Sequence record: MF402939
Reading direction: 5' to 3' (one strand)
Length of the DNA: 64,000 nucleotides
Source of the DNA: Escherichia phage OSYSP
Below the pieces are notes generated by a model that was given only the letters and a program-made list of their open reading frames with translations, did no database searches and had not been told where the DNA came from. Numbering within the stretch: the first letter of the stretch is position 1; each line of letters begins with the position of its first letter. Made by a program: the position numbers and the translations under genes. Shown in pieces: positions 7,524-15,131 of the stretch.

Positions 7524-7760
7524 TTACTCTCCAGTAGGATTATCTAAGGTATACTGAGTAGCTACTCCAGCTACATCTAGCAGACTTCCCATATTCCTAA
7601 TAACTCTAGAGATTGCGTCACCTTCGGCAGTTTCTGTAAACACCTTAAGTCTTAAGAAATCGCCACCACCATCCATACCAGAGAAAATATTTAGTAAGCG
7701 AAGCATTACCAACTTACGTTCATTCAATTCTTGTTCTGTCATGTTGCTTCTCCAGTTCAA
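7524..7760 (-). CDS. hypothetical protein (78 aa)
   Basis: ORF track; GGAGA SD. Confidence 0.6.
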   Translation of the reverse strand: MNWRSNMTEQELNERKLVMLRLLNIFSGMDGGGDFLRLKVFTETAEGDAISRVIRNMGSLLDVAGVATQYTLDNPTGE

Positions 7761-7792
7761 TTTATGTAATTATTATATAGAACTTTTGGAAA

Positions 7793-8065
7793 CTAAGCAA
7801 CTACATTTTTTAAGAATTTGATGCCTTTCTTTTTCTTCTTATATTTCCACGTTAATGGATTTTGTCGATTATGAACGCTTGAGATCTTTGTCTCGTCAAA
7901 GTTCTTCAATATCATGTAATCACAGGATAATTGTTCTAGTGGAATGTGATCACCGTCAAAAGCGTATACATAAGGCTGTTGACTAGCACGATAATGATAG
8001 ACTTTGTTAATTCTACGTTTCAGCGACTTATCCGCGCAGTAAATAAAGAAGTTTTCAGGATGCAT
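7793..8065 (-). CDS. hypothetical protein (about 90 aa)
   Basis: ORF track ORF 7793-8080 trimmed to internal ATG (MHPENFF...) that has AGGAG at 6-nt spacing; the first ATG abuts the tRNA 3' end. Confidence 0.5.
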   Translation of the reverse strand: MHPENFFIYCADKSLKRRINKVYHYRASQQPYVYAFDGDHIPLEQLSCDYMILKNFDETKISSVHNRQNPLTWKYKKKKKGIKFLKNVVA

Positions 8066-8082
8066 CAGCATCTCCTTCAATT

Positions 8083-8157
8083 TGGTGCACCCTGTTCGAA
8101 TTGAACGAACCTCTCAAGCTCTTCAGGCAAGCGCTAATCCATCTCAGCTAAAGGTGC
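8083..8157 (-). tRNA. tRNA, probable anticodon GAA (Phe?), weak anticodon stem
   Basis: Acceptor GCACCTT/AGGGTGC, T-arm GTTCG-TTCAATT-CGAAC, loop CTGAAGA at standard positions 32-38 but stem has two T-T mismatches; CCA encoded. Confidence 0.4.
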
Positions 8158-8163
8158 AAATTT

Positions 8164-8234
8164 TGGCAGGGGTAAAGGTATTCGAAACCTTTTCATGGGT
8201 TTTGGAGGCCCATTTGCAACCTATGCGTACCCCA
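8164..8234 (-). tRNA. tRNA-Trp (anticodon CCA), compact D-arm
   Basis: T-arm AAGGT-TTCGAAT-ACCTT, anticodon arm TGGGC-CTCCAAA-ACCCA, 3' TACCCCT-G-CCA; T1-T72 mismatch. Confidence 0.45.
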
Positions 8235-8243
8235 ATTGTTAAT

Positions 8244-8318
8244 TGGCACACCCACGGAGAATTGAACTCCGATTCTCAGATTGAAATCCTGATGTCCTAG
8301 CCATTAGACGATAGGTGC
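8244..8318 (-). tRNA. tRNA-Glu (anticodon TTC)
   Basis: Acceptor GCACCTA/TGGGTGT (G-U pairs), anticodon arm TCAGG-ATTTCAA-TCTGA, T-arm CGGAG-TTCAATT-CTCCG, CCA encoded. Confidence 0.6.
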
Positions 8319-8326
8319 ATTAAATT

Positions 8327-8414
8327 TGGTGGGCGTTAATGGAGTCGAACCACTCGAGTCGCAATGACCAGGGATTTACAATCCCCTCCGCTACCACTTA
8401 CGGAATAAACGCCC
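8327..8414 (-). tRNA. tRNA-Tyr (anticodon GTA), type II
   Basis: Acceptor GGGCGTT/AACGCCC, anticodon arm GGGGA-TTGTAAA-TCCCT, long variable arm, T-arm TGG-TTCGACT-CCA, CCA encoded. Confidence 0.7.
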
Positions 8415-8542
8415 ATATTTAGAAGCATTCAAATACTTGTTTAAACACTTTTAAATATGTTTCCAAATTAGATAACTATTATATCAAGTTTTAAGGCACT
8501 GAGCAAGTCAGATTTTGAAGAACTTGCTCAGTGCTGTATTAG

Positions 8543-8818
8543 TTAGTCGAACTTAGGAGTGACAATTAAAGAGAATGGGAGTTCGAAAACTTCTTCACCC
8601 TCATTACTAACAGTAACTACACGACCTTTAAGTTCAGACATTGAAATATCAATATCAGCTTTTGCATCTGGAGCCATTCCAGCTTCAACACATTTAGCTT
8701 TAACTTCCGGAAGGAGTTCTACATCGTAGAAATAAAGCCATTCAATCTCACCTTCCCAGCCTTCCCAGGATTTACAGATTGCACTTTCAATACCAGTTGC
8801 TATAACACGATTTTGCAT
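8543..8818 (-). CDS. hypothetical protein (91 aa)
   Basis: ORF track; AGGAG SD; followed on minus strand by a 13-bp-stem hairpin (about 8470-8515). Confidence 0.6.
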   Translation of the reverse strand: MQNRVIATGIESAICKSWEGWEGEIEWLYFYDVELLPEVKAKCVEAGMAPDAKADIDISMSELKGRVVTVSNEGEEVFELPFSLIVTPKFD

Positions 8819-8908
8819 TCGTTAACTCCTTCATCAATTTATATAACTATTATATCAGAAATTTAAAGTAAAAGGCAAGTACATTTTTAAAAATTCTGTT
8901 CGGAGGAG

Positions 8909-9115
8909 CTAAACTCCAGATTCTTCGGCCAAGTCTAGACTAATAAGAGTTATAGCCATAATTGCTGCACCGTGTTCTTTTTCTCCGGTGTTTTTAGCAG
9001 AGCCTATAATATCCTTAATCTGTTCGTAATAACTTTTTACTTCTTGTTCAATGCCTGCCTCGGCTATCATGCCTTTAGTCATGAATCGTTGCATGGTAAT
9101 TTCAGGATTAGCCAT
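8909..9115 (-). CDS. hypothetical protein (68 aa)
   Basis: ORF track; ATG overlaps stop of upstream small ORF (ATGGCTAA). Confidence 0.55.
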   Translation of the reverse strand: MANPEITMQRFMTKGMIAEAGIEQEVKSYYEQIKDIIGSAKNTGEKEHGAAIMAITLISLDLAEESGV

Positions 9116-9275
9116 GTTGTTTCTCCAGTTTCATTTTTAATAGTTTACAGATGAAATCAACGTCTTCATCTGTGCCTAAGTCTCTATCTTCAAGGGTCGC
9201 CTTGAAGTTTTTCGTCAATTCCATAAGGATGACTTCCCTAGAACGACGTGTTGGTGGCGGAGGAGGTCTATACAT
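9108..9275 (-). CDS. small proline-rich hypothetical protein (55 aa)
   Basis: Not in ORF track; ATG with AAGGA SD; stop overlaps next start; translation MYRPPPPPTRRSREV... Confidence 0.4.
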   Translation of the reverse strand: MYRPPPPPTRRSREVILMELTKNFKATLEDRDLGTDEDVDFICKLLKMKLEKQHG

Positions 9276-9290
9276 CTTAATTCCTTAATT

Positions 9291-9367
9291 TGGTAGGGGT
9301 GGTGGGATTCGAACCCACAAAACCTGAATTTTAAGTCCAGTACCTATGCCAATTCGATTACACCCCC
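9291..9367 (-). tRNA. tRNA, anticodon TAA (Leu UUA reader?) with short variable arm
   Basis: Acceptor GGGGGTG/CACCCCT, anticodon arm CTGGA-CTTAAAA-TTCAG, T-arm GTGGG-TTCGAAT-CCCAC, discriminator A, CCA encoded; 77 nt. Confidence 0.45.
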
Positions 9368-9474
9368 ATGTAATCAGTTTATTAGTTGATACATATTATA
9401 GCCTAAAGAAAACCCTACTACTAATCCTACGAACCAACCAATATAATAATCTTTTAATTTCACGGGTGTCAACC

Positions 9475-9654
9475 TCATTCAATATCTAGAGAAATACCAC
9501 AGGTAGGATTAATGCCTGTGCCTTTGCACGTAGGACAAACCCAGATATTACAGAATGTATCCCCTGCTTCTGCATCAGAACTTTCTCCAACTCCTAGACA
9601 GTCAGGACAGGCACATTCTTCTAGCTCTTGCTTGAGTTCTTGAAACTTAGACAT
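9475..9654 (-). CDS. small zinc-ribbon protein (59 aa, two CxxC pairs)
   Basis: Not in ORF track; ATG with AAGGA SD; translation MSKFQELKQELEECACPDCLG...CPTCKGTG. Confidence 0.45.
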   Translation of the reverse strand: MSKFQELKQELEECACPDCLGVGESSDAEAGDTFCNIWVCPTCKGTGINPTCGISLDIE

Positions 9655-9663
9655 ATAGTTTCC

Positions 9664-9852
9664 TTATTCAATTACTTTTGAGGCTTCAAGGGAGTCGATA
9701 TAGTGTACGTTTTCTACCATAATCATATAATCTGCCACTTTATCCATAGCCTGAACTTCAGAGGTAGCCCTGGCTAACCTATATCCTTTTTTATATTCAT
9801 CCGGGTATTCCCTATCTGGAATAAACACAACACAAACTAGGTATAGTTCCAC
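9664..9852 (-). CDS. hypothetical protein (62 aa)
   Basis: ORF track. Confidence 0.45.
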   Translation of the reverse strand: MELYLVCVVFIPDREYPDEYKKGYRLARATSEVQAMDKVADYMIMVENVHYIDSLEASKVIE

Positions 9853-9873
9853 TTGTAACCTCTCTAATCAAGA

Positions 9874-9951
9874 TGGTGGCTCCCCGAGGATTCGAACCTA
9901 CGTACCTTCCGGTTATGAGCCGGGTGCTCATACCATATGAGCTTGAGAACC
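9874..9951 (-). tRNA. tRNA, anticodon CAT, initiator-like anticodon arm
   Basis: Acceptor GGTTCTC/GGGAGCC, anticodon arm CCGG-CTCATAA-CCGG followed by GAAGG as in initiator tRNA; T-stem imperfect; CCA encoded. Confidence 0.45.
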
Positions 9952-9957
9952 AGAATT

Positions 9958-10046
9958 TGGCGGAAGAAGTGGGAATCGAACCCACAAGGCTATATTTCAA
10001 ACCGACAGATTAGCAATCTGCTGCAATACCGTTATGCTATTCTTCC
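9958..10046 (-). tRNA. tRNA-Ser (anticodon GCT), type II
   Basis: Acceptor GGAAGAA/TTCTTCC, anticodon arm GCAGA-TTGCTAA-TCTGT, long variable arm, T-arm GTGGG-TTCGATT-CCCAC, CCA encoded. Confidence 0.65.
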
Positions 10047-10067
10047 GAATTTATAAGATATATTATA

Positions 10068-10586
10068 TTAGAAATTTAGCTTCATAGCAAGAAAATTTTT
10101 CAAGTTTTCGGTAGACATCTCATCCACATCTACAGGAGAAACAAATCCATTTAATTGTCTAGCAAATTTTTCACCAGCAGGATCATTATCCCCAACAGCT
10201 ACCAATTTAAAAGGTAGTAATTTCAATTGCTTTAACAACGCTTTTCCTGGAGAAGAACCCAACATTGCCAGGGCTGGATAACCAGCGTTATGTAATGCTA
10301 CTGCCTTAAATACAGATTCAGCAATCAATACTACTTTTTCATCCCCAGTGAGGGTTTCTAGCCCCCATACACACTGTGTAGTAGAATAAGTAAAATATCT
10401 AGCTTCAAAGGGGCACTTACCATGACCTTTTGGAGCAGAAGGATTATACGTCTGATAGCCTCTCAACATCCCAGAGAAGTCATACAATGGGACTGTTAGC
10501 CATCCTTCCGGACTTAACCAGCAATGATACTTATCTGTATCAAACCCTCTAGATAAGAGATGTTCTGTTAGTTCATCAACAGTCAT
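10068..10586 (-). CDS. small Toprim-domain protein (about 172 aa)
   Basis: Start moved to ATG (MTVDEL...) after GAGAGAGG SD, because the first ATG of track ORF 10068-10637 lies inside the promoter; motifs IAESV...GSS...LVAVGDNDPAGEKFA match a Toprim fold. Confidence 0.6.
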   Translation of the reverse strand: MTVDELTEHLLSRGFDTDKYHCWLSPEGWLTVPLYDFSGMLRGYQTYNPSAPKGHGKCPFEARYFTYSTTQCVWGLETLTGDEKVVLIAESVFKAVALHNAGYPALAMLGSSPGKALLKQLKLLPFKLVAVGDNDPAGEKFARQLNGFVSPVDVDEMSTENLKNFLAMKLNF

Positions 10587-10616
10587 ATTAGATTCCTCTC
10601 TCAAATTTATAAATAT

Positions 10617-10645
10617 ATTATACAGAGAATTTAGCATTCAAGCAA
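10617..10645 (-). promoter_or_regulatory. sigma70-type early promoter (TTGCTT-17-TATAAT) with downstream ATAAATTTGAGAGAGG box
   Basis: Consensus hexamers and conserved downstream element on minus strand. Confidence 0.65.
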
Positions 10646-10761
10646 TTGAATTTTTTAACTTTTTAGAGGAAAATCATAGGATGCTTAAGGGTAGCAGGTA
10701 AGTGATCAGGACCGAAATTTGTGACCCCACTAAAAATCTGGGGGCAATTTTTAAAGACCCC

Positions 10762-10790
10762 TTGACATTTTCGCCGGGGTAATGTAAAGT
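10762..10790 (+). promoter_or_regulatory. sigma70-type promoter (TTGACA-17-TAAAGT) for the plus-strand low-complexity cassette
   Basis: Perfect -35 hexamer, 17-nt spacer, 4/6 -10; about 60 nt upstream of AGGAGG-ATG at 10853. Confidence 0.55.
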
Positions 10791-10852
10791 ATATGTTATG
10801 GATGAGTGATCAAAGAGACACACATTTTCTATATACTAGGAGGTGTCAAAAA

Positions 10853-11833
10853 ATGACAGAAGAAGTAGCTAAGAGTCCTGAAACCGTCGCTAGCGTAGCA
10901 GCAGAACTGCATCGTCACGAGGAATCAGATAAGAAAAAGTGGGAGAAAGTCAAAGCCTACGAGGAAAAACATCGTGAACACGATGAAGATGATGAAGAAG
11001 ATGACGATGATGAACATTGTCATAAATATGGAAAACATAAAATGCAAGAACCAGTAAACGTATTTACTAACGGCTTCCCTGGCATGGGTGCATTCCCAGC
11101 TAACGCAAGTGCTTTCGGTGGAGAAGGTATGGGTCTATTCGGAGCTATCCTAATCGGTGCTCTATTAACAGGCGGATTTGGTGGTTTTGGTGGTTTTGGT
11201 CGCGGTGCTGGCGTTGCCGCTGAAGGGACTGCTGTGGACGCGATCCTTTCTAACCAAGATACTGCAAGTATTCTAGCTGCAATCAATACTACTCGTACAG
11301 AAGCTAACCAGGGCACTGGGGCTGTTCTAAGCGCAGTAAACGGTGTGGGAGCTGCTCAAGCTGCTAGCACTCAGCAAGTTCTGACTACTGTCTACGGTAC
11401 AGGTGCTAATCTGTCAAACCAGATCTGTGCTGAAACTCGTAACGTTATTCAGGGTCAGTTCGATCTTTCTCGTCAGATGGATCAATCTTTCGCTGCTAAC
11501 CAGATAGCACGTGCTCAAGATAAGTTTGACTCTGCTCAGATTGCTTTCCAGCAGTCTATTCAGACTAACAACCAGTTCGCCGCTGTTCAGGCTCAGATGT
11601 GTGCTAACCAGAACGCTATCGAACGTCAGCTTGCTGAATGTTGCTGTGAGCTTCAGACTGCGATCGCTGGTGTAACTACTGCGCGTATTCAGGACGAACT
11701 GAATGAATGCCGTCTGCGTGAAGCAATCGCTCAAGGTAGTGGTGCAAATGGTCAGGTAATCAACCAAATCGCTGTAAGTCTTGGTGCTATCACTCAGACT
11801 CTGGCTGGTCTGCAGGCTAAACTGCCGGCTTAA
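10853..11833 (+). CDS. low-complexity protein (326 aa): acidic/His-rich N-terminus, Gly-rich hydrophobic segment, Ala/Gln/Asn-rich C-terminal domain
   Basis: Start set at ATG after AGGAGG (9-nt spacing) rather than track start 10793; segments EDDEEDDDDEHCHKYGKHK, GLFGAILIGALLTGGFGGFGGFGRGAG and CCC triplet; ctg/cgt/gct-biased codons; opposite strand to neighbours. Confidence 0.7.
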   Translation: MTEEVAKSPETVASVAAELHRHEESDKKKWEKVKAYEEKHREHDEDDEEDDDDEHCHKYGKHKMQEPVNVFTNGFPGMGAFPANASAFGGEGMGLFGAILIGALLTGGFGGFGGFGRGAGVAAEGTAVDAILSNQDTASILAAINTTRTEANQGTGAVLSAVNGVGAAQAASTQQVLTTVYGTGANLSNQICAETRNVIQGQFDLSRQMDQSFAANQIARAQDKFDSAQIAFQQSIQTNNQFAAVQAQMCANQNAIERQLAECCCELQTAIAGVTTARIQDELNECRLREAIAQGSGANGQVINQIAVSLGAITQTLAGLQAKLPA

Positions 11834-11854
11834 AATTAAGGGGAGGAGCCCATT

Positions 11855-12271
11855 ATGAGTAAATATGGTTTTGTAAACAACGGATTTAATCAACAAATGG
11901 GCTCCCAGCAGCCCGTTCCGGGTCTGGATAATCCTTACCTACAACAGTTGCAACAGCGTTTAGCAGAAGCTCAACAGATGCAGCAACAACTCCAGCAAAA
12001 CCCTGGAAGTGTGAGTCCTATGCAAATGATGCAGCAAATGAGCGGGCAGTCGCAAATGCCTCAACAAATGCAGCAACAGGTGCCTCAGCAGCAAGTTCAG
12101 CAACAAACCCAACAACCGCAGGTTTCTGCGGAAGGACAGGCAGTACTAGCCCTTTTCGAAGATTTCGCAAAGACAGAGGATGGGAAACAGCTTGTATCAC
12201 TTATGGGTAAGTTTAATAGCTTCTGCCAAAGCCAAGTTGCAAAAGCTCAAAATGGTGATAATAACTCCTAA
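11855..12271 (+). CDS. glutamine-rich low-complexity protein (138 aa)
   Basis: ORF track; AAGGGGAGGAG SD; long Q/M-rich tracts (QQMQQQLQQ...QQMQQQVPQQQVQQQTQQPQ). Confidence 0.65.
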   Translation: MSKYGFVNNGFNQQMGSQQPVPGLDNPYLQQLQQRLAEAQQMQQQLQQNPGSVSPMQMMQQMSGQSQMPQQMQQQVPQQQVQQQTQQPQVSAEGQAVLALFEDFAKTEDGKQLVSLMGKFNSFCQSQVAKAQNGDNNS

Positions 12272-12280
12272 GGAGGAATT

Positions 12281-12475
12281 ATGTGTTGCAGAAAATCTGT
12301 TTCGTGCTGCCCAATGCCTGTAGCACGTTGTTGCTCTCCAGCAATGTTTACACAAATACCGGCGTTCAATCCCTTTGCCTTTAAGCCTATTCTTATCCTG
12401 CCCCCTAGAGTAGATTTTCAGTCAAGATTGGCCTCCCGTATGGGTGGTTGCTGTAACAAGAGTATATGGTTCTAA
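12281..12475 (+). CDS. small cysteine-rich protein (64 aa; CC doublets)
   Basis: ORF track; AAGGAGG SD; MCCRKSVSCCPMPVARCCSP...GGCCNKS; followed by an intrinsic terminator. Confidence 0.55.
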   Translation: MCCRKSVSCCPMPVARCCSPAMFTQIPAFNPFAFKPILILPPRVDFQSRLASRMGGCCNKSIWF

Positions 12476-12490
12476 AGAACCAAACAATAA

Positions 12491-12526
12491 AGCCCCTAGT
12501 CGAAAGACTTAGGGGCTTTTTCTTTT
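12491..12526 (+). terminator. rho-independent terminator ending the plus-strand cassette
   Basis: Hairpin AGCCCCTAG-loop-CTAGGGGCT followed by a T-run. Confidence 0.7.
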
Positions 12527-12536
12527 GCCTTAAATA

Positions 12537-12571
12537 CAGAAAAGCCCGCGCTCTCGGAGAAAACGCGGGCT
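12537..12571 (-). terminator. rho-independent terminator after the SPFH gene
   Basis: Hairpin GCCCGCG-loop-CGCGGGC followed by TTTT on minus strand; convergent with the previous terminator. Confidence 0.6.
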
Positions 12572-12595
12572 TAGTTCGAAGATTACGTGTAACTA

Positions 12596-13543
12596 TTACT
12601 TGTTACGCATATCCATGATCATTTGACCATCATAGCCAGTGCCAACTACAGTCTGAGGTACACCACCTTGATATTTCTGAGCACGAATCATCTCAACTTC
12701 CAGTTGTTTCCAACGAATCATCTCAGGAGTAATGGTACGTTGCAGTGCGGCGTTAGCTTCAGCTTCTTTCTTAGCTGCGTACAGTTTAGCATCTGCGTCA
12801 CGTTCATTAGCAATAGCTTGGTTATTGCGAGCTTCACGATCTGCTTCTGCTTGTTTAACTTTTTGCTGTGCTTCCTGTTCAACGCGGGCAAGTTCAGCTT
12901 TCGCAGCGTTAACTTGCTCTTCACGAACTTTGGTATTCTGTACCTGTTCCATGATTACCGGTGGCAAAGTAATATCTTGAAGAAACACCTGCTTAACTGT
13001 GTAACCATATGGGCGTGCATACTCTTCAACTTCCTGTTGAATTGCAGTTTGCAATTGAGCCTGAATTTTAGCATCAAACAAATCTTGTGCTTTAGGTACA
13101 GACTTACCAAACTCACAAATAGTAGATAGTAATTTTTCAGTTACATATTTGTCTAACGCTTGATCCTGAGTACCTGCATTAATACGGTTAATCGGTGCCT
13201 TAGAACCATCAAACTGCAACATAACAGTCAGATCAACAGTGGATTTAAACTTATCCTGACTAGGAACCTGAAGTTTATCTAATTTTACAGCAATATCTTT
13301 TGTACTAAAAGTATCGAAAGATGCAAACGGGTTTACAATATGGAAACCAGGTAATACTGGATTAGGGTCTACTTTACCCAGGAATGTTTGAGTTTTAACC
13401 GTACCATCAGAAACAATAGTATATGAATTAAAAGCTAGGATTAAACCTGCTAAACCAACTACAGCACCAATACCCCAACGTTTAATAGTGCGAATTACTT
13501 TTTGCTCAGAAGTCAGTTCTTTCATATTTTTAGTATTAAACAT
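12596..13543 (-). CDS. SPFH/band-7 (HflK/HflC-like) membrane protein
   Basis: 315 aa; N-terminal hydrophobic helix (IGAVVGLAGLILAF), then SPFH-like core and long Ala/Glu/Gln-rich coiled coil; AAGGA SD. Confidence 0.6.
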   Translation of the reverse strand: MFNTKNMKELTSEQKVIRTIKRWGIGAVVGLAGLILAFNSYTIVSDGTVKTQTFLGKVDPNPVLPGFHIVNPFASFDTFSTKDIAVKLDKLQVPSQDKFKSTVDLTVMLQFDGSKAPINRINAGTQDQALDKYVTEKLLSTICEFGKSVPKAQDLFDAKIQAQLQTAIQQEVEEYARPYGYTVKQVFLQDITLPPVIMEQVQNTKVREEQVNAAKAELARVEQEAQQKVKQAEADREARNNQAIANERDADAKLYAAKKEAEANAALQRTITPEMIRWKQLEVEMIRAQKYQGGVPQTVVGTGYDGQMIMDMRNK

Positions 13544-13580
13544 ATATTTCCTTTGTTTTAGTTACAGTTAATAAAATTGA

Positions 13581-13652
13581 CCGAGGTGACAGGATTCGAA
13601 CCTGCATAAAGGAATTTAGAAGACTCCTGCCTCTCCCTTAGACTACACCCCG
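13581..13652 (-). tRNA. tRNA-Arg (anticodon TCT), CCA not encoded
   Basis: Acceptor CGGGGTG/CACCTCG, anticodon arm GGAGT-CTTCTAA-ATTCC, T-arm GCAGG-TTCGAAT-CCTGT. Confidence 0.55.
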
Positions 13653-14152
13653 TTTAAGTATTTTTAAGAACTCTCGTAAAAACTCTTAAAAATACAGACG
13701 ATACCGGGAGAGTCATAAGTCTCACTCATTAAGTATTTCAAGACAAAATACAGTAACGTCTATTATTTTCCAGTTTAAGTCAGGGTGACTTAGTGGTTAT
13801 GTCCTGCGGTATATTGAGGACTCGGTTAGGCTTGGGGTCATGACTTCCCGCCTTTTGCTGCTACTCAACAGGAGTTATCGCGAATTACCTGTGCTATTGT
13901 GCACCATTAGTGACATCTCTCATGTCAGCATTTCCCACTTTGTGGATAGCTTGAAAAACTACTCCGATATGGAGAAAGAACTTCACTATCCTAGAATACC
14001 TTCTAAAGTTCTTCTTTAGCCTGGACATAGTTAAATCGTAATAAAACTATTCAGCAGACTGGTTGGTTAGTCTGGAACCAACTACCGCGTGGTTTAGGCA
14101 GTGCGCAACTAACCTCGGAAGCTTTTACGTTAAAAGCATCAGTTATCCAGTT

Positions 14153-14230
14153 CTTACCGACCGTAGGATTCGAACCTACATCTTCCACCAGTTACGGCTT
14201 GATAATACCAATTATACTAGGACGGCAGTG
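14153..14230 (-). tRNA. tRNA-like element, non-canonical (no foldable anticodon stem)
   Basis: T-arm GTAGG-TTCGAAT-CCTAC, D-loop-like AATTGGTA, acceptor GCCGTCC/GGTCGGT with one mismatch; no anticodon arm can be formed. Confidence 0.3.
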
Positions 14231-14449
14231 TTACTACATAAGTGATTTCCACACCCCACTATTTATAAATTAGAGAAGAGTTTAGGGGAGAGGTTTCAGA
14301 CGCCTCATTTTACACGTTCTAGCCACTAACCGGGATTGCCGCCCCCTGTGTACTAGTTTTACAACTAACCCACCGACTCTATTCAATGCGCTCCGGTTGG
14401 GATTCTGCACTCAGCGTAATCGGCTCGCTGTTCCCTAATTTATGAATAT

Positions 14450-14478
14450 ATTATACAGAATTTATAAGCATTTAGCAA
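14450..14478 (-). promoter_or_regulatory. sigma70-type early promoter (TTGCTA-17-TATAAT)
   Basis: Consensus hexamers on minus strand. Confidence 0.6.
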
Positions 14479-14486
14479 ATAAATTT

Positions 14487-14930
14487 TTAATTAAATTCGC
14501 CAGCAATCTGAGCAGCAGTACCACCATCATAACGCCCGGGAAATTCTTCCTTAATCGCTTTCATCAGCATACCTTTTGTAATTCCAGGGTTTAGCTTAAC
14601 TAATTCTGCAAAGTATTTACGAATCTCAGTATCAGATAACTGAGGAGGCAGATACTCCTGCAACCACTTATTTAGAATGTATTCATACTGAGCGGACTGC
14701 AAGCTATAACTATCAAGATCTTGACCATGAAGTTTAGCTTTCATCTGGTTAATGCTTTTTAGTTGAGCTTTGAGATAAGACACAAATTGTTCAGAAGTGA
14801 TGAAATCTTTATCAATACGCTGAAGATCCCCGATTATGGTCTGATAGCTTTTAGCGACTTCTTTATCAGAACCATTAAACTTAGAATCCTGCAAAGCTCT
14901 ACGCAAAACATCTAAAATATTCTCTTCCAT
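14487..14930 (-). CDS. GatB/YqeY-domain-like protein (147 aa)
   Basis: ORF track; size and motifs (GITKGMLMKAIKEEFPGRYDGGTAAQIAGE) resemble YqeY-family proteins; start overlaps stop of upstream small ORF. Confidence 0.5.
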   Translation of the reverse strand: MEENILDVLRRALQDSKFNGSDKEVAKSYQTIIGDLQRIDKDFITSEQFVSYLKAQLKSINQMKAKLHGQDLDSYSLQSAQYEYILNKWLQEYLPPQLSDTEIRKYFAELVKLNPGITKGMLMKAIKEEFPGRYDGGTAAQIAGEFN

Positions 14931-15100
14931 TATTTCATTCCTAACGCTTGGTTAAAAGATTGTTCTGTCATAACTGCTGAGACTTTGGCGAAATCAAACT
15001 TTTTAGGGTTCGTAGTGATCTCAGCAACGTTAGAAGTTTTAACAGTTTTCGTAGTACGAAAACCGCGAGTGTTAACACCAATAATTACAACTGATTTCAT
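14930..15100 (-). CDS. small hypothetical protein (56 aa)
   Basis: Not in ORF track; ATG with GAGGA SD downstream of promoter 15132-15160; stop TAA overlaps next ATG. Confidence 0.4.
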   Translation of the reverse strand: MKSVVIIGVNTRGFRTTKTVKTSNVAEITTNPKKFDFAKVSAVMTEQSFNQALGMK

Positions 15101-15131
15101 ATTTCGCTTCCTCTCATTAATTTATGGAAGT

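Noticed and set aside
8082-8300. Plus-strand 72-aa ORF
   Set aside because: Lies antisense across three tRNA genes (8083-8318).
10793-10852. Upstream extension of the first cassette gene (track start 10793)
   Set aside because: The track start has no SD and overlaps the promoter -10 region; ATG at 10853 has AGGAGG at ideal spacing.
11020-13129. Antisense ORFs inside the cassette and SPFH gene (11020-11316, 11414-11896, 12018-12200, 12623-13129, 12718-12924, 12732-12980)
   Set aside because: All lie opposite better-supported genes, lack ribosome binding sites and are typical low-complexity antisense artefacts.
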